Position numbers and translations under genes: made by a program
Assembly (NCBI GenBank): GCA_046482545.1
Contig: JAWOEX010000031.1
Location: 1-33,560 of the forward strand
Source of the DNA: Candidatus Thorarchaeota archaeon
Lineage (GTDB): Archaea > Asgardarchaeota > Thorarchaeia > Thorarchaeales > Thorarchaeaceae
DNA: 33,560 nucleotides
Direction: 5' to 3'
Shown here: positions 1 to 9,543 of the stretch, piece after piece
How positions within the stretch are numbered: position 1 is the first letter of the stretch
Layout: each line of letters begins with the position of its first letter
The notes under the pieces: model-generated
Told to the model about the DNA's origin: nothing
Databases searched by the model: none
The model's input: only the letters and a program-made list of their open reading frames with translations

Positions 1-251
1 GACGAAATGGCAGCTAGGTGGAAGACAAAATCGATGCTGTCATCTATGACTTCTTCCAGATTCTCATTGCAGATATCCACCTCCAAGAAGTGAAAATCAG
101 AGTTTTTGATGAAGTTGGACATGTTACCTTCTTTGCCTGTTCGAAGGTTGTCAATACCAATCACTTTGTAGCCACGACTAAGGAGTTCTTCAGCTATGTG
201 ACTACCGATGAAACCCGCACATCCTGTGACAAGACTAGAATTTTGAACCAT
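1..251 (-). CDS. NAD-dependent epimerase/dehydratase (extended SDR, GalE/WcaG-like), N-terminal part; runs off window start
   Basis: Not in the ORF track. Manual minus-strand translation from ATG at 251 gives MVQNSSLVTGCAGFIGSHIAEELLSRGYKVIGIDNLRTGK...VFHLAAIS, with TGxAGFIG Rossmann, IDNL and HLAA motifs. Confidence 0.92.
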   Translation of the reverse strand, partial: MVQNSSLVTGCAGFIGSHIAEELLSRGYKVIGIDNLRTGKEGNMSNFIKNSDFHFLEVDICNENLEEVIDDSIDFVFHLAAIS

Positions 252-448
252 TCTTTCTCAAACTGCTCAGTGACTGAAGTACTATAATCCTTCTGTTGCT
301 ATTCGTTCGACAAGTTCGCTGATATGGCTTCAGACAGTTCTTTTCAGTTTCACCTTGCCTTATCTGCGATTGGAAACTCACCGGATAATCGAGTATATTA
401 TGCCCAAACCTGATGTTCTTCCTTGAGACTGTCCGCCTTTCTCACATA

Positions 449-1486
449 CTAAATTTCTTTTCCAACACGTCTCTTGATAACATTGTACGAAGCCACACCA
501 AACAGAACTACTCCAGTTGGAATCAAGCCGAGATAGATGAGTGTAGCAAGTAGACCTCCTACTGGTGGGAACAAACACCAGAGAGCAGAAAGGCCTACAA
601 AGATGGCAAAAAACCAAGTTAATCTGCTCTTGCTGATATAATTCTCTTCCACGACAAGTGAATCTAGACGGTTTTCGTTCTTCGGGCTTATATACAGGAG
701 GCCAATCACAAGTCCGTAGAAACCAATAGTAAGAAAGATGGTGAAGGGTGAAGCCCAGCGGTCTGGCACAAACAATATTGACAGCACCACATAGATGATT
801 CCAAGGACAATGGAATTCGCTATCAATCCTCGTTTTCCCAGCTCCAGTTGGCTCATAGAAATGCTATTGCTTATACTGGTTGCTGATTTGAGAACCAGAA
901 ACACAATCAAGGAGTTGGTTATGCTTGCCAGCAAAGTGGTTCTGAGATCCATCTTCAGCCCCATAGGCAAGAACAACGAACCGATTACGAAGAGTAGCAG
1001 CAGCACGGCTACATTTTTCTTTGTTTCCCGGAGATAACGGTTGTGTCCTTTCAGCACCTCGGGGTTTGATGACCTCCTATCTGATATGACTGCCAACTCG
1101 AAGATCAGAATCGGGAGAATAAATGCAAATACAGCATGCCAGAACAAGCCGATAATAGAGAATTCCACGACTGCAAAACCTAGGAATGTTCCAAGGAATG
1201 GCTCTTCTCCCATGTACCCTGCCCAGAGGACTTTCGTTATCCACGATTCATAGAGCGCAAAGAGGACACCCCAAAAATACAACTGGCTCACTGATGTTCT
1301 CTTGTATTTGAGCGCCAAATTGAATAGAAGCAAGGCATGCATCCAGTAAAGCGGGAGAACGACGACGATGCCCCAAGGGTCCATGAACCAGAGTGGAGCT
1401 GACCCCGAGAAGACCTCTGCAAAGACCACAGAGAGAATTCCAAAAGCGAGAAGTCTGATATATCTGGAGTTGCTTTCACTGTTCAA
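449..1486 (-). CDS. Multi-pass membrane protein of unknown function (345 aa)
   Basis: Long ORF with about 9-10 hydrophobic segments; FAEVFSGS / LYESWITKVLW / FWHAVFAF motifs look conserved but family not recognised. Confidence 0.8.
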   Translation of the reverse strand: MNSESNSRYIRLLAFGILSVVFAEVFSGSAPLWFMDPWGIVVVLPLYWMHALLLFNLALKYKRTSVSQLYFWGVLFALYESWITKVLWAGYMGEEPFLGTFLGFAVVEFSIIGLFWHAVFAFILPILIFELAVISDRRSSNPEVLKGHNRYLRETKKNVAVLLLLFVIGSLFLPMGLKMDLRTTLLASITNSLIVFLVLKSATSISNSISMSQLELGKRGLIANSIVLGIIYVVLSILFVPDRWASPFTIFLTIGFYGLVIGLLYISPKNENRLDSLVVEENYISKSRLTWFFAIFVGLSALWCLFPPVGGLLATLIYLGLIPTGVVLFGVASYNVIKRRVGKEI

Positions 1487-1654
1487 CAGTAATCCCCAAC
1501 ATCGATTCTTGGAATGGCGAGCGCAGGCAGAAAGTCAGACCGTCTATCGGTCATTATATCACCGTATCTGGGGTGCTCCTAGTGACTATAATCTTGCCTA
1601 TCCTTTTTGTATTCCAAACCCATTTATCTTGTGATCCAGTTCGAGTATGTGGGG

Positions 1655-1954
1655 ATGGCCTTAGTGTACTACGTGTACATCATAGAGACGCAAGATGGCA
1701 CATACTATACTGGACAAACGAATGACCTGATTCGCCGCCTCGATGAGCACGCATCAGGCAACTCTCATTCAGCCAAGTATCTACGTATGCATCCTCCCAA
1801 GTATCTGGTTCATTATGAGCGGTTCGAATCTCGGAGCGATGCCATGCGTCGGGAGACAGAAATCAAGCAAAGCAGGAGCCTCAAGGAGAGCCTCATAGGA
1901 GAGCGGAGAGACATAGAGGGCATTCTCGAATCCTACCGAGAATCAATCTCATAG
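1655..1954 (+). CDS. GIY-YIG nuclease family protein (UPF0213/YhbQ-like, stand-alone)
   Basis: YYVYIIETQDGTYYTGQTNDLIRRLDEH...SAKY...E..IK; in-frame ATG at 1655 preferred over TTG at 1607. Confidence 0.88.
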   Translation: MALVYYVYIIETQDGTYYTGQTNDLIRRLDEHASGNSHSAKYLRMHPPKYLVHYERFESRSDAMRRETEIKQSRSLKESLIGERRDIEGILESYRESIS

Positions 1955-2007
1955 AGGGCTCGAAGCGTTCTTATCATAGTTTCTCGTCACTTTATTGGGG
2001 AACACAA

Positions 2008-3528
2008 ATGAGCGAGATTGTAGCTGCCATTGACGCCGGAACATCTGGAGTTCGATCAGTTCTCTTTCGTACCGACGGCAAAGAAATCCATAGGGAATAT
2101 GAGGAGTTTGAAAGCATCTACCCACGACCGTCATGGGTTGAGCAGGATGCTGATGACTGGTGGAACGCAGCATCATCCACACTGAAGGCATGCATAGACA
2201 AGTCTCGTATCAGTGCTGAGAAAATAACCGGAGTCGCTGTTACAAACCAGCGAGAAACAATAGTTCCCGTTGATGAGTCTGGTAATCCCTTACGTAATGC
2301 CATTGTCTGGCAGGACCGTAGAACGGGGCCTCAGTGTGAGCAACTTCGCGACAAGCTTTCTGAAAGGAAGATCTATTCGATAACTGGTCTATCGGTGGAC
2401 CCCTACTTTTCTGCACCAAAGATTCTCTATCTCAAAGAGCATGAACCCGAGACATTCTCCAAAGCATACAAATTTCTCTTGGTTCATGATTTCATTGTTA
2501 ACCGGCTTTGCGGTTCCATGGTAACAGACTTCTCCAATGCGAGTAGAACCATGCTTTTTGATATTGAGGCTGCAGAGTGGTCTGAGGAGATTCTTAATAC
2601 ACTTGAAATCTCACCCGGAATGCTCCCCCGGCCTATAGAATCAGGTACGGTGGTTGGCGAGGTAATGGACGAAGCTTCGAAGCAGACCGGTTTGCGTGTT
2701 GGTACTCCTGTCGTTGCAGGCGGTGGAGATCAGCAATGTGCCGCATTAGGAGTCGGAGTGGTGAGAGAAGGTCGAACAAAGGCAACCACAGGCACTGGTA
2801 CTTTCATGCTGGCCCATGTGGACGTTCCGAAGTTTGACCCAGAGCGGAGGGTTCTCTGCAGTCGACATGTTGTTCCTGATGCGTTTGTAGTTGAGGCCAG
2901 CATGTTCACAACTGGTGCCGCTCTACGTTGGTTCAGAGATAATTTGGGATACGAAGAACGTGTGACGGCTGAGGAAGTGGAACTCGACCCGTATGATATC
3001 ATCACGGAAGAAGCATCCCAAGTACCGGCAGGTTCGGAGGGTATTATCCATATTCCCCACTTCACTGGTGCTGGTGCCCCTCATTGGAATCCTGATGCTC
3101 GAGCTATGTTTGCTGGTATGGCCTTGGGACACAGCAAAGAACACTTAATCCGAGCAATCTTGGAAGGTGTCTCATATGAACTGCGAAGCAATCAGGAGGT
3201 AATGCGGACTCTTGGCATACCGATATCCGAACTGAGGGTAACAGGCGGAGCTGCAAGAAGTGACATCTGGATGCAGATACAGAGCGATGTCTTGGGAATA
3301 CCCGTTATTCGTACTGAGCTGGAGGAGGCAACCTCCCTTGGGGCTGCAATACTTGCTTGCCGTGGGGTTGGCATATTCGATTCAATATCTGAGGCGGCTG
3401 AAGAGATGGTTCAACCTTTGGAACCTCTACAACCAAGAACAGAGAACCAGGAAATTTACGACCGGGGGTTCCGTCGGTTCAAGAGTCTCTACAGTGCAGT
3501 TTCGAAGATTAAATATGATGCCGACTAG
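2008..3528 (+). CDS. FGGY-family carbohydrate kinase (xylulokinase/glycerol kinase/gluconokinase-like)
   Basis: IDAGTSG, WVEQD, TNQRET, IVWQDRRT, DFSNASRT, GGGDQQ, TGTGTF, RAILEGV, GGAARSDIWMQ motifs. Confidence 0.93.
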   Translation: MSEIVAAIDAGTSGVRSVLFRTDGKEIHREYEEFESIYPRPSWVEQDADDWWNAASSTLKACIDKSRISAEKITGVAVTNQRETIVPVDESGNPLRNAIVWQDRRTGPQCEQLRDKLSERKIYSITGLSVDPYFSAPKILYLKEHEPETFSKAYKFLLVHDFIVNRLCGSMVTDFSNASRTMLFDIEAAEWSEEILNTLEISPGMLPRPIESGTVVGEVMDEASKQTGLRVGTPVVAGGGDQQCAALGVGVVREGRTKATTGTGTFMLAHVDVPKFDPERRVLCSRHVVPDAFVVEASMFTTGAALRWFRDNLGYEERVTAEEVELDPYDIITEEASQVPAGSEGIIHIPHFTGAGAPHWNPDARAMFAGMALGHSKEHLIRAILEGVSYELRSNQEVMRTLGIPISELRVTGGAARSDIWMQIQSDVLGIPVIRTELEEATSLGAAILACRGVGIFDSISEAAEEMVQPLEPLQPRTENQEIYDRGFRRFKSLYSAVSKIKYDAD

Positions 3529-4808
3529 CCCTTATACACGGCCAGTTTGTTGCCTTTGTTCAGTGCCATGATTCTGCAATCAGGGTTCTCCGAAAGCCAT
3601 TCATCAATGACCTCTTGCGGATTGCCCACATTCTCAAGATGTGCTGATTGTACCTGCTCCTCATCTAACTCGGTAAACATGCGTACCCTTACCTCCTGAA
3701 GGAGCTTGGCGAACTTGTAGGCTTTGTGTTCATAGAGGTGATAGTTAGTGCTTATCGATTTGAGAACCTCATCTAGAGGAGCGGTCAGCTTGTTGTAGAA
3801 ATTATCCATTGCTTCCTTTGGAGCTACACCATCTCGGCATTCAGCCAGAAACAGTATTTCTCCACCATCTTTGACGGCATTCTTTGTCAGCTCAAGTCCA
3901 CGTTGGGCATGATAGAGACTCTTGTCTTGCGGATACCCGCCCGGTGACACTATGATTTTGTCGGTCGGAGATACCGTGAAGCTTGTCGTTTCATCCAGAA
4001 CCTCTATTCCGTTCATTATCACTGGTTCCAGTTTTCCTGCTTCTGCCCACACTAGTCCTTCGCTACTCGATATAACCGACAAAGTGAACACTTCTGCTTC
4101 CTCGGTAATCATCTCATATGCCTCTTTCATGTCATCGGCAAGAGGATTGTCACGGCGTTCTGGGTTTGGATGAAACGGATGCCTACCAAATGTAGACTTT
4201 GGGTGCACAGCCATGGAATGGTTAGCTTCTACGCTTTCGAAAGCACAAATGCCCGGGAGGAAATCTTTCACTGCACTGGAATAGCCCGCGAAATAATGCG
4301 CTTTCATATCTGCCAACGCCACATACAGATCATGATTTGCAGCATCAGAATTGATAACCACTGGTGTTCTCCTACTTGTCTCTCCTACCACTATCATGGG
4401 ATCCTCATGGCAGTCGTGTATGCTAACGCTGTAATCCTGAATTTTGGCTTCTTTTGCTACTGCTTTCACGTGTTCTACAATCTTTAGGTTCTCAGGGTGT
4501 TCCACTTCGTGTGAACCTGTTGCTATTATGAAGGTGACACTGCGAGCATCGCTCAAAAATGGAGCAACTGCACGGAGCAGTTCTTTGTGCGGCTCATCTC
4601 TGGTGTGGTCCTCAACCAAAACACAGACACTACTGTTTTGGGCCAATTCATCAAGCAGGGGTCCATGTGGATTGTACAGTGCTCCCTTCAGTTCAGCAGA
4701 TATATCCTCAGCTGTTTCGGTTTCGCTTGGTTCAATAAGGCCAGCGAAATTTTCCTCTGGGATATTGAGCGTAAGTTTGCGCTTTCCGTAGTTCAGTGAT
4801 ACTTTCAT
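3525..4808 (-). CDS. LarA-family nickel-pincer-dependent racemase/epimerase (DUF2088)
   Basis: EDHTR, ATGSH, HYFAGYSSAVKDFLPG, NHSM, SPGGYPQD, GGEILFLAECRDG; stop codon overlaps the FGGY stop tail-to-tail by 4 bp. Confidence 0.9.
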   Translation of the reverse strand: MKVSLNYGKRKLTLNIPEENFAGLIEPSETETAEDISAELKGALYNPHGPLLDELAQNSSVCVLVEDHTRDEPHKELLRAVAPFLSDARSVTFIIATGSHEVEHPENLKIVEHVKAVAKEAKIQDYSVSIHDCHEDPMIVVGETSRRTPVVINSDAANHDLYVALADMKAHYFAGYSSAVKDFLPGICAFESVEANHSMAVHPKSTFGRHPFHPNPERRDNPLADDMKEAYEMITEEAEVFTLSVISSSEGLVWAEAGKLEPVIMNGIEVLDETTSFTVSPTDKIIVSPGGYPQDKSLYHAQRGLELTKNAVKDGGEILFLAECRDGVAPKEAMDNFYNKLTAPLDEVLKSISTNYHLYEHKAYKFAKLLQEVRVRMFTELDEEQVQSAHLENVGNPQEVIDEWLSENPDCRIMALNKGNKLAVYKG

Positions 4809-5235
4809 AGACAGCTCCCTTGAATATTATCTTCTTTTCCACTAGAAAAGGTTGATGTCCATGCAATATTTCGTCCTGTGATGGTCCACAGGTGATATTG
4901 GAATACTGATTGAGGATTCTCATGAACCAAGGTACTGGTAGCACCAGTTGGGGACCTGCCGGCGTTGATAGATGGATAGCGCGATAGGCTCTCAAATTCC
5001 TTGTAGTATTATCGTGATGCTTTTTGCTGAGCTTGGTTCGGTGAGACTCGTATCCATTGGGATGCTCTTACTGGTTTTCCTTTGGGCTTTTCTTTCGATT
5101 GCACAGCTTCTACATGACGATTCAATACTGCGATAATCTCGAAAAGCGAGCCCACTCATGGGAACAATGTATGCCGCCGAAAGAGGAAATCTATGAGGAC
5201 TATGGTCTTGATACAGTTGATGATAAGGAGGAATT

Positions 5236-5829
5236 CTAATCGAGAAACTCCCTGTCATCTGCATCAAGGACACGTACTATGACTTTTGTTGCACTTCGTC
5301 CCATCATTGCCACGATTATCTGGATAAGCATTGCAACGAAGAACGCTCCGAGTGCTAGGCCGAAGATTCTCAGTGAAATCGAGTTCAGGGATTCTGCCCA
5401 AATGGATAGTATCCGCTGGTCTACAAGATACCAAACATAGACTCCTGTTACTCCCATGAGCGCTATCAACATTCCGTAAAGGACTAGAATTGGTTTCACT
5501 CTAGGAGCGTCAAGGCTGACTTTTGTTATACTATGTCCCACAACAGCATCACTAACTCGCCTTGAGAATCGAATGAACAGACCGATTGCACCGAGGAATA
5601 CCATAAGCGTAATCATGCTCCCCACCAACAGAAGAAGAATCTGGATGTCAACGGGCAAATCATATACTGTATATCCTATCAAGTACGCAGCAAGTGATCC
5701 TATCATTATGATGATTGCTGCTATCTGCACCACAAACGTGACGGTAGCTGATGCCCTGAAGGTCGACTTGATATTGACCTGATTCTCGGGTTTCTGTTCT
5801 GAACTCTTCTCCTTCGCCATAATTCCCAC
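5236..5829 (-). CDS. Four-TM membrane protein of unknown function (197 aa)
   Basis: Four hydrophobic helices arranged as two hairpins, with charged termini. Confidence 0.75.
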   Translation of the reverse strand: MGIMAKEKSSEQKPENQVNIKSTFRASATVTFVVQIAAIIIMIGSLAAYLIGYTVYDLPVDIQILLLLVGSMITLMVFLGAIGLFIRFSRRVSDAVVGHSITKVSLDAPRVKPILVLYGMLIALMGVTGVYVWYLVDQRILSIWAESLNSISLRIFGLALGAFFVAMLIQIIVAMMGRSATKVIVRVLDADDREFLD

Positions 5830-6060
5830 TTCTTAATTGTACGTTATTGGATTATTTGAACGTAACGTATCGAAATTCAATGAGGTTTCTAGTACCGGAT
5901 ATGACCAGTGCAACGAGAAACACCTGTGCACGCAGTCCACTTGGAAAATCGATGGATACTCACACATTGCTTCCATAGCAGCAAAACGATGAACTCTTGT
6001 CAACTTAAGGATTCACGCGACATACTCCGTAGAGCTGGTGATTATGACTGAATAGTGCAG

Positions 6061-6287
6061 TTACGAAGACATTCTGAGTTCATTGGCTTCCCCCAGACTA
6101 CTGACTACGAATACATCGCGTAGCGGGATTCGAAAACAATCAAACCATAACTTGAAGACTTGACTGATATCCTGTCGAAAGTTTCTGCTGAGGTTATCGA
6201 AATTCTCTTACATTCACTGGGCGGCCTTATCAGAGAATTCACTGAAATCTGGCTGGGGATGTTACACGCCAAGGTAAGGCTATTGTT
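6061..6287 (+). pseudogene. Possible degraded alpha/beta-hydrolase (lipase/PGAP1-like) fragment
   Basis: The frame from 6061 reads ...YIA*RDSKTIKP*LEDLTDILSKVSAEVIEILLHSLGGLIREFTEIWLGMLHAKVRLL; nucleophile-elbow-like HSLGGLI at 6211-6231, in-frame stops upstream. Confidence 0.35.
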
Positions 6288-8603
6288 CTACTCTTTTGGC
6301 AATCCTTGATAGAGTGCTATCAATTCATCTTGGCTCTTGTAATTGGGCTCTTGGTCTCTACCGATTCTTTGCTTGTTATCCCACACACCTCGTGCTAGAA
6401 GGTCGGCAATTTTTGCTCTGCCCTCCACGTTCTGAACCGCTTGCTTGTCCCCAATTTTTTGGAATACCTGAACTGCGTCAGAATATTCTCCCACTGCATT
6501 TCTTAGCTGGTCACTAGCATCTGCATAGAATCGTTTTGCTTCCCTTGAATCGCCCATTTTTGATGAAATTTCCGCCACGAAGTCATTCTTGGCAGCCTTG
6601 ATTCTGGCCAGGTCACCATTGAGTTTCATGACGACCCCGCGGAGCTGCTGCACCTGTATCTTGACATTGTTCTTTTCGCGAATCTGCCTATCTTTAACAT
6701 CATCCAATTCACTTACAGCCACCTCAAACGCAGCTTTGGCGCATCTGATTCTGTTCAATGTCACATCATGTGATTTTATGCCTTTTTCAAGAATGTGTTC
6801 CTTCTTCAGTTCTGCAATCTCGTCTTCAATCTCTCCTGACAGATTGATTCTGTGCAATTGCGTTTTGAAGGCGAGCTGTTCTGACTGTTTAGAATAGATT
6901 TGAGCTTCTGAAGCATATGCTGTTGCTATAGCAAGTCTACCGCGATCCATCAGTTCCGCGGCCACATCTTGTTCACCAATGAGTTTGTAATATGATGCGG
7001 CCTCTTCTGCATGCAAATTCTCAAGAATCCTCGATTGTATGAATCGAAGCCCACCTTCAAGTTGAGAACTCAAGCTGAACTGAATTAAGTATTTGATGTG
7101 TCCGAGAAATGCAAGCGTCTTGTTCCTAAGGGTTCTCACTTCCTTATCTTCATCTTCTAGATTCAGCAGTATGCCCAAAATCACTAACCCCTCACGAATC
7201 TCTTCTAAGGCATCTGCAGGGTTCTTTTTCATCTGCACACTTGCTTCATCCAAATGCTTGTTCACATCTTGAATCAAGCCGGTTCTTCTCAAGTCCTTGG
7301 CAAACTTGATGTGTTCTACAATGTTCTTCAAATTCTTTTCTTGCTTTCCTAGCAAATCCTCAACAAAAGAGAATGTACGAAGATTCTCTTGTATTGCTGC
7401 CGTCAGCTCGCGTCTCATGGAGAGTTTCTCAGCCTTTTGCAGATCTCTGAAAATATCCTTCAAAATCTTCACCGATCCCTCACGATTATCTACGGTCAAC
7501 AAATCGGAAAGGGTTTTCACATTATTTTCAGTACGGCAAAATAGAGATTGGGCCTTTCGATGCTTTTTGTCTTTCTGTGATTGTTTGGCATTGTTATACA
7601 ACTTGGGTACTTCTTTGAAACACTTCTCAGCTCGCCCAAAAGCCTCAGAAGACTTCATATAAAGCTTTGACGCGTCTTCCAGATTTCCATTCCGCATCTG
7701 GGCATCAGCGATGTCGTTGTAAATCATCGCGAAATAAACTTCGCTCAGTCCGGCCGTGTTCTTCTTCCAATCTTTCAGCTTATCAATCTCATATTCTTCT
7801 TTGTTTTCCACATCCTGCAGAAGCGGCATGACCTCATTATACAGCTCTGTTGCCTCTTCAAAAATAAACGAACTTAGCAAGTCTCTCCAAAGGAGTTCAT
7901 CAAAGGGATTGAAAGCTTGTCTGAAGGTACTCTCCTTCCCAATCAACTCATTGAGAAATTCATCATAGAATTCTGCCTCGCTGATTTTGGTATTGGCAAT
8001 GATGCGGGATTTTCCATGGTTTTCACCCTTGGCTTTCTTCTGAAGACTGTGAGCCTTGTCACCGAGAGCCACACTTCTCAGTTTCTGTGTTCCATCAACT
8101 TTTGAGGGAACAGCTGAGAATGGCTTCTCCAGTAGTGTATAAATATCCGCCATCAACAGTAATGCCTTTCTCTTGCTATCTTGATTTGTCTCCGCTACAA
8201 AAGGGCTCGAAGCTGCTGCTGATTGATGCATCCAAGCTAAGACCTTAGACATCCATATTTCTGCGAGTTGGGATTTTTCTTGTTGTACCAAATCCTCAAG
8301 CGCCGCCTGCATTTGTTCCTTGACCTCGGGATGAGCCTGTCCGATTGCTTTTCTGAGGAATTCCGTGTCAAAGGATTCAGCTATGACCTCTTGTCCAAAG
8401 CGGGCCATCTCCTGATAGAGATTAGTGAACGCGTTATGCATCTGAATGCGTTTGTGTTCAACCCCCTCTATGTCATCGATATCATGTAGGATGAAATCTC
8501 GTACAGCGTCCTGGATTTCAAGATTCAATTCAAAGAAAATGTTAGAATATACCGTAACATCACTGTCTTGGTTATTCTTGGAACTTGACGAAGAGTGATT
8601 CAT
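6288..8603 (-). CDS. Large all-alpha (TPR/SNAP-like solenoid) protein of unknown function (771 aa)
   Basis: Long ORF rich in A/E/K/L/Q with helical-hairpin patterns such as ADAQMRNGNLEDASKLYMKSSEAF and AEISSKMGDSREAKRFYADAS; GAGGT SD-like sequence upstream. Confidence 0.8.
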   Translation of the reverse strand: MNHSSSSSKNNQDSDVTVYSNIFFELNLEIQDAVRDFILHDIDDIEGVEHKRIQMHNAFTNLYQEMARFGQEVIAESFDTEFLRKAIGQAHPEVKEQMQAALEDLVQQEKSQLAEIWMSKVLAWMHQSAAASSPFVAETNQDSKRKALLLMADIYTLLEKPFSAVPSKVDGTQKLRSVALGDKAHSLQKKAKGENHGKSRIIANTKISEAEFYDEFLNELIGKESTFRQAFNPFDELLWRDLLSSFIFEEATELYNEVMPLLQDVENKEEYEIDKLKDWKKNTAGLSEVYFAMIYNDIADAQMRNGNLEDASKLYMKSSEAFGRAEKCFKEVPKLYNNAKQSQKDKKHRKAQSLFCRTENNVKTLSDLLTVDNREGSVKILKDIFRDLQKAEKLSMRRELTAAIQENLRTFSFVEDLLGKQEKNLKNIVEHIKFAKDLRRTGLIQDVNKHLDEASVQMKKNPADALEEIREGLVILGILLNLEDEDKEVRTLRNKTLAFLGHIKYLIQFSLSSQLEGGLRFIQSRILENLHAEEAASYYKLIGEQDVAAELMDRGRLAIATAYASEAQIYSKQSEQLAFKTQLHRINLSGEIEDEIAELKKEHILEKGIKSHDVTLNRIRCAKAAFEVAVSELDDVKDRQIREKNNVKIQVQQLRGVVMKLNGDLARIKAAKNDFVAEISSKMGDSREAKRFYADASDQLRNAVGEYSDAVQVFQKIGDKQAVQNVEGRAKIADLLARGVWDNKQRIGRDQEPNYKSQDELIALYQGLPKE

Positions 8604-8715
8604 CCTACACTACCTCTAGGAACAGGGCTTTATAGTGACGGTATATGAGCTCTACTTAAGCCTATTCTGGGTAGTGGTTTTTCTTACCCATACAAGCCAC
8701 AAAAATCAGCAGACA

Positions 8716-9099
8716 CTACGGCTCATCATCTGGAACTATGAACCTCATGTGTCGTCCATCTCTCATTTTCACCAATCTGCCCTCATCTACCAGTGTGTTC
8801 AGAACTTCACTAGTGCGCGAGCGCGACCTCCCCCATTTCTTGGCAAGTTGCTGAGCTGTCAACCCTCTCTCAGTATCCTCTAATAACCCAATCAATCGTT
8901 CCCAGCTCAGGTCTCCTTCTATGACGCTTTGCTGGTTGGCAAAAACGTTGTACTGGCCCTCTCGCCCTTTCTGTTCTGCTGGAAGATTCCCGTCTACTTT
9001 CGACTTGAGCTCACCAATAGTCTGCTCAAGATTCGAGACAGTCTGATTCAGCTGTTCTATTTTCTTTCTGAGCCTTTTCATCTCTTCTTCACTATTCAT
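8716..9099 (-). CDS. Coiled-coil plus C-terminal winged-HTH putative DNA-binding protein
   Basis: N-terminal heptads (MKRLRKKIEQLNQTVSNLEQTIGELKSKV); C-terminal GLTAQQLAKKWGRSRSRTSEVLNTLVDEGRLVKMRDGR wHTH; ATG at 9099 follows GGAGG. Confidence 0.8.
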   Translation of the reverse strand: MNSEEEMKRLRKKIEQLNQTVSNLEQTIGELKSKVDGNLPAEQKGREGQYNVFANQQSVIEGDLSWERLIGLLEDTERGLTAQQLAKKWGRSRSRTSEVLNTLVDEGRLVKMRDGRHMRFIVPDDEP

Positions 9100-9119
9100 G
9101 AATTTCCCTCCTACTACCT

Positions 9120-9476
9120 CTAGCATTGGTCTCTGAATTCTATGTAGTCCCTTCCTTTCCTTTTCTTTTCGAAGGCCCGTTTTGGTTCTTCAGGATCGAA
9201 ATTGATTTCATCATTGTATTGTTCTGCTTTGCCTTCGTCTGTTTCCAAGGCAGTCTTCCCTGGGACTAGCGTGTTACCAATCTCGGTTATTATGATATCA
9301 GCTACTTTTGGAAGGTGGTTGGTATTCTTTTTTCTTGCTTCGTCTTGCTCATTGGACTGTTCACGTGTGATAGGTATGATGTCAAGTTCGTATTCCTCTT
9401 CCCCCGTCTGCATAATATTCGCCAGAATGCTTTTGGGATTTCGGCTTGATAGCTTGCTCTTGTGCTCATAGCTCAT
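9120..9476 (-). CDS. Hypothetical charged, probably partly disordered protein
   Basis: ORF co-oriented between trmI and the HTH gene; E/K-rich; start uncertain (9476 or 9506). Confidence 0.55.
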   Translation of the reverse strand: MSYEHKSKLSSRNPKSILANIMQTGEEEYELDIIPITREQSNEQDEARKKNTNHLPKVADIIITEIGNTLVPGKTALETDEGKAEQYNDEINFDPEEPKRAFEKKRKGRDYIEFRDQC

Positions 9477-9543
9477 AGACACATCGCCGTCAACAACAAT
9501 CAACAAGAACTAGGATATACTTGTGCATATAAACGTTTGTCAT

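Noticed and set aside
18-287. 89-aa + strand ORF
   Set aside because: Antisense shadow of the epimerase gene on the minus strand
1655-1954. GIY-YIG as a homing endonuclease or mobile element
   Set aside because: Short stand-alone UPF0213 type with no intron/intein host, transposase or terminal repeats
6119-6136. GCGGGATTCGAA, resembling a reverse-strand tRNA T-arm
   Set aside because: No complementary T-stem, acceptor stem or anticodon arm could be built
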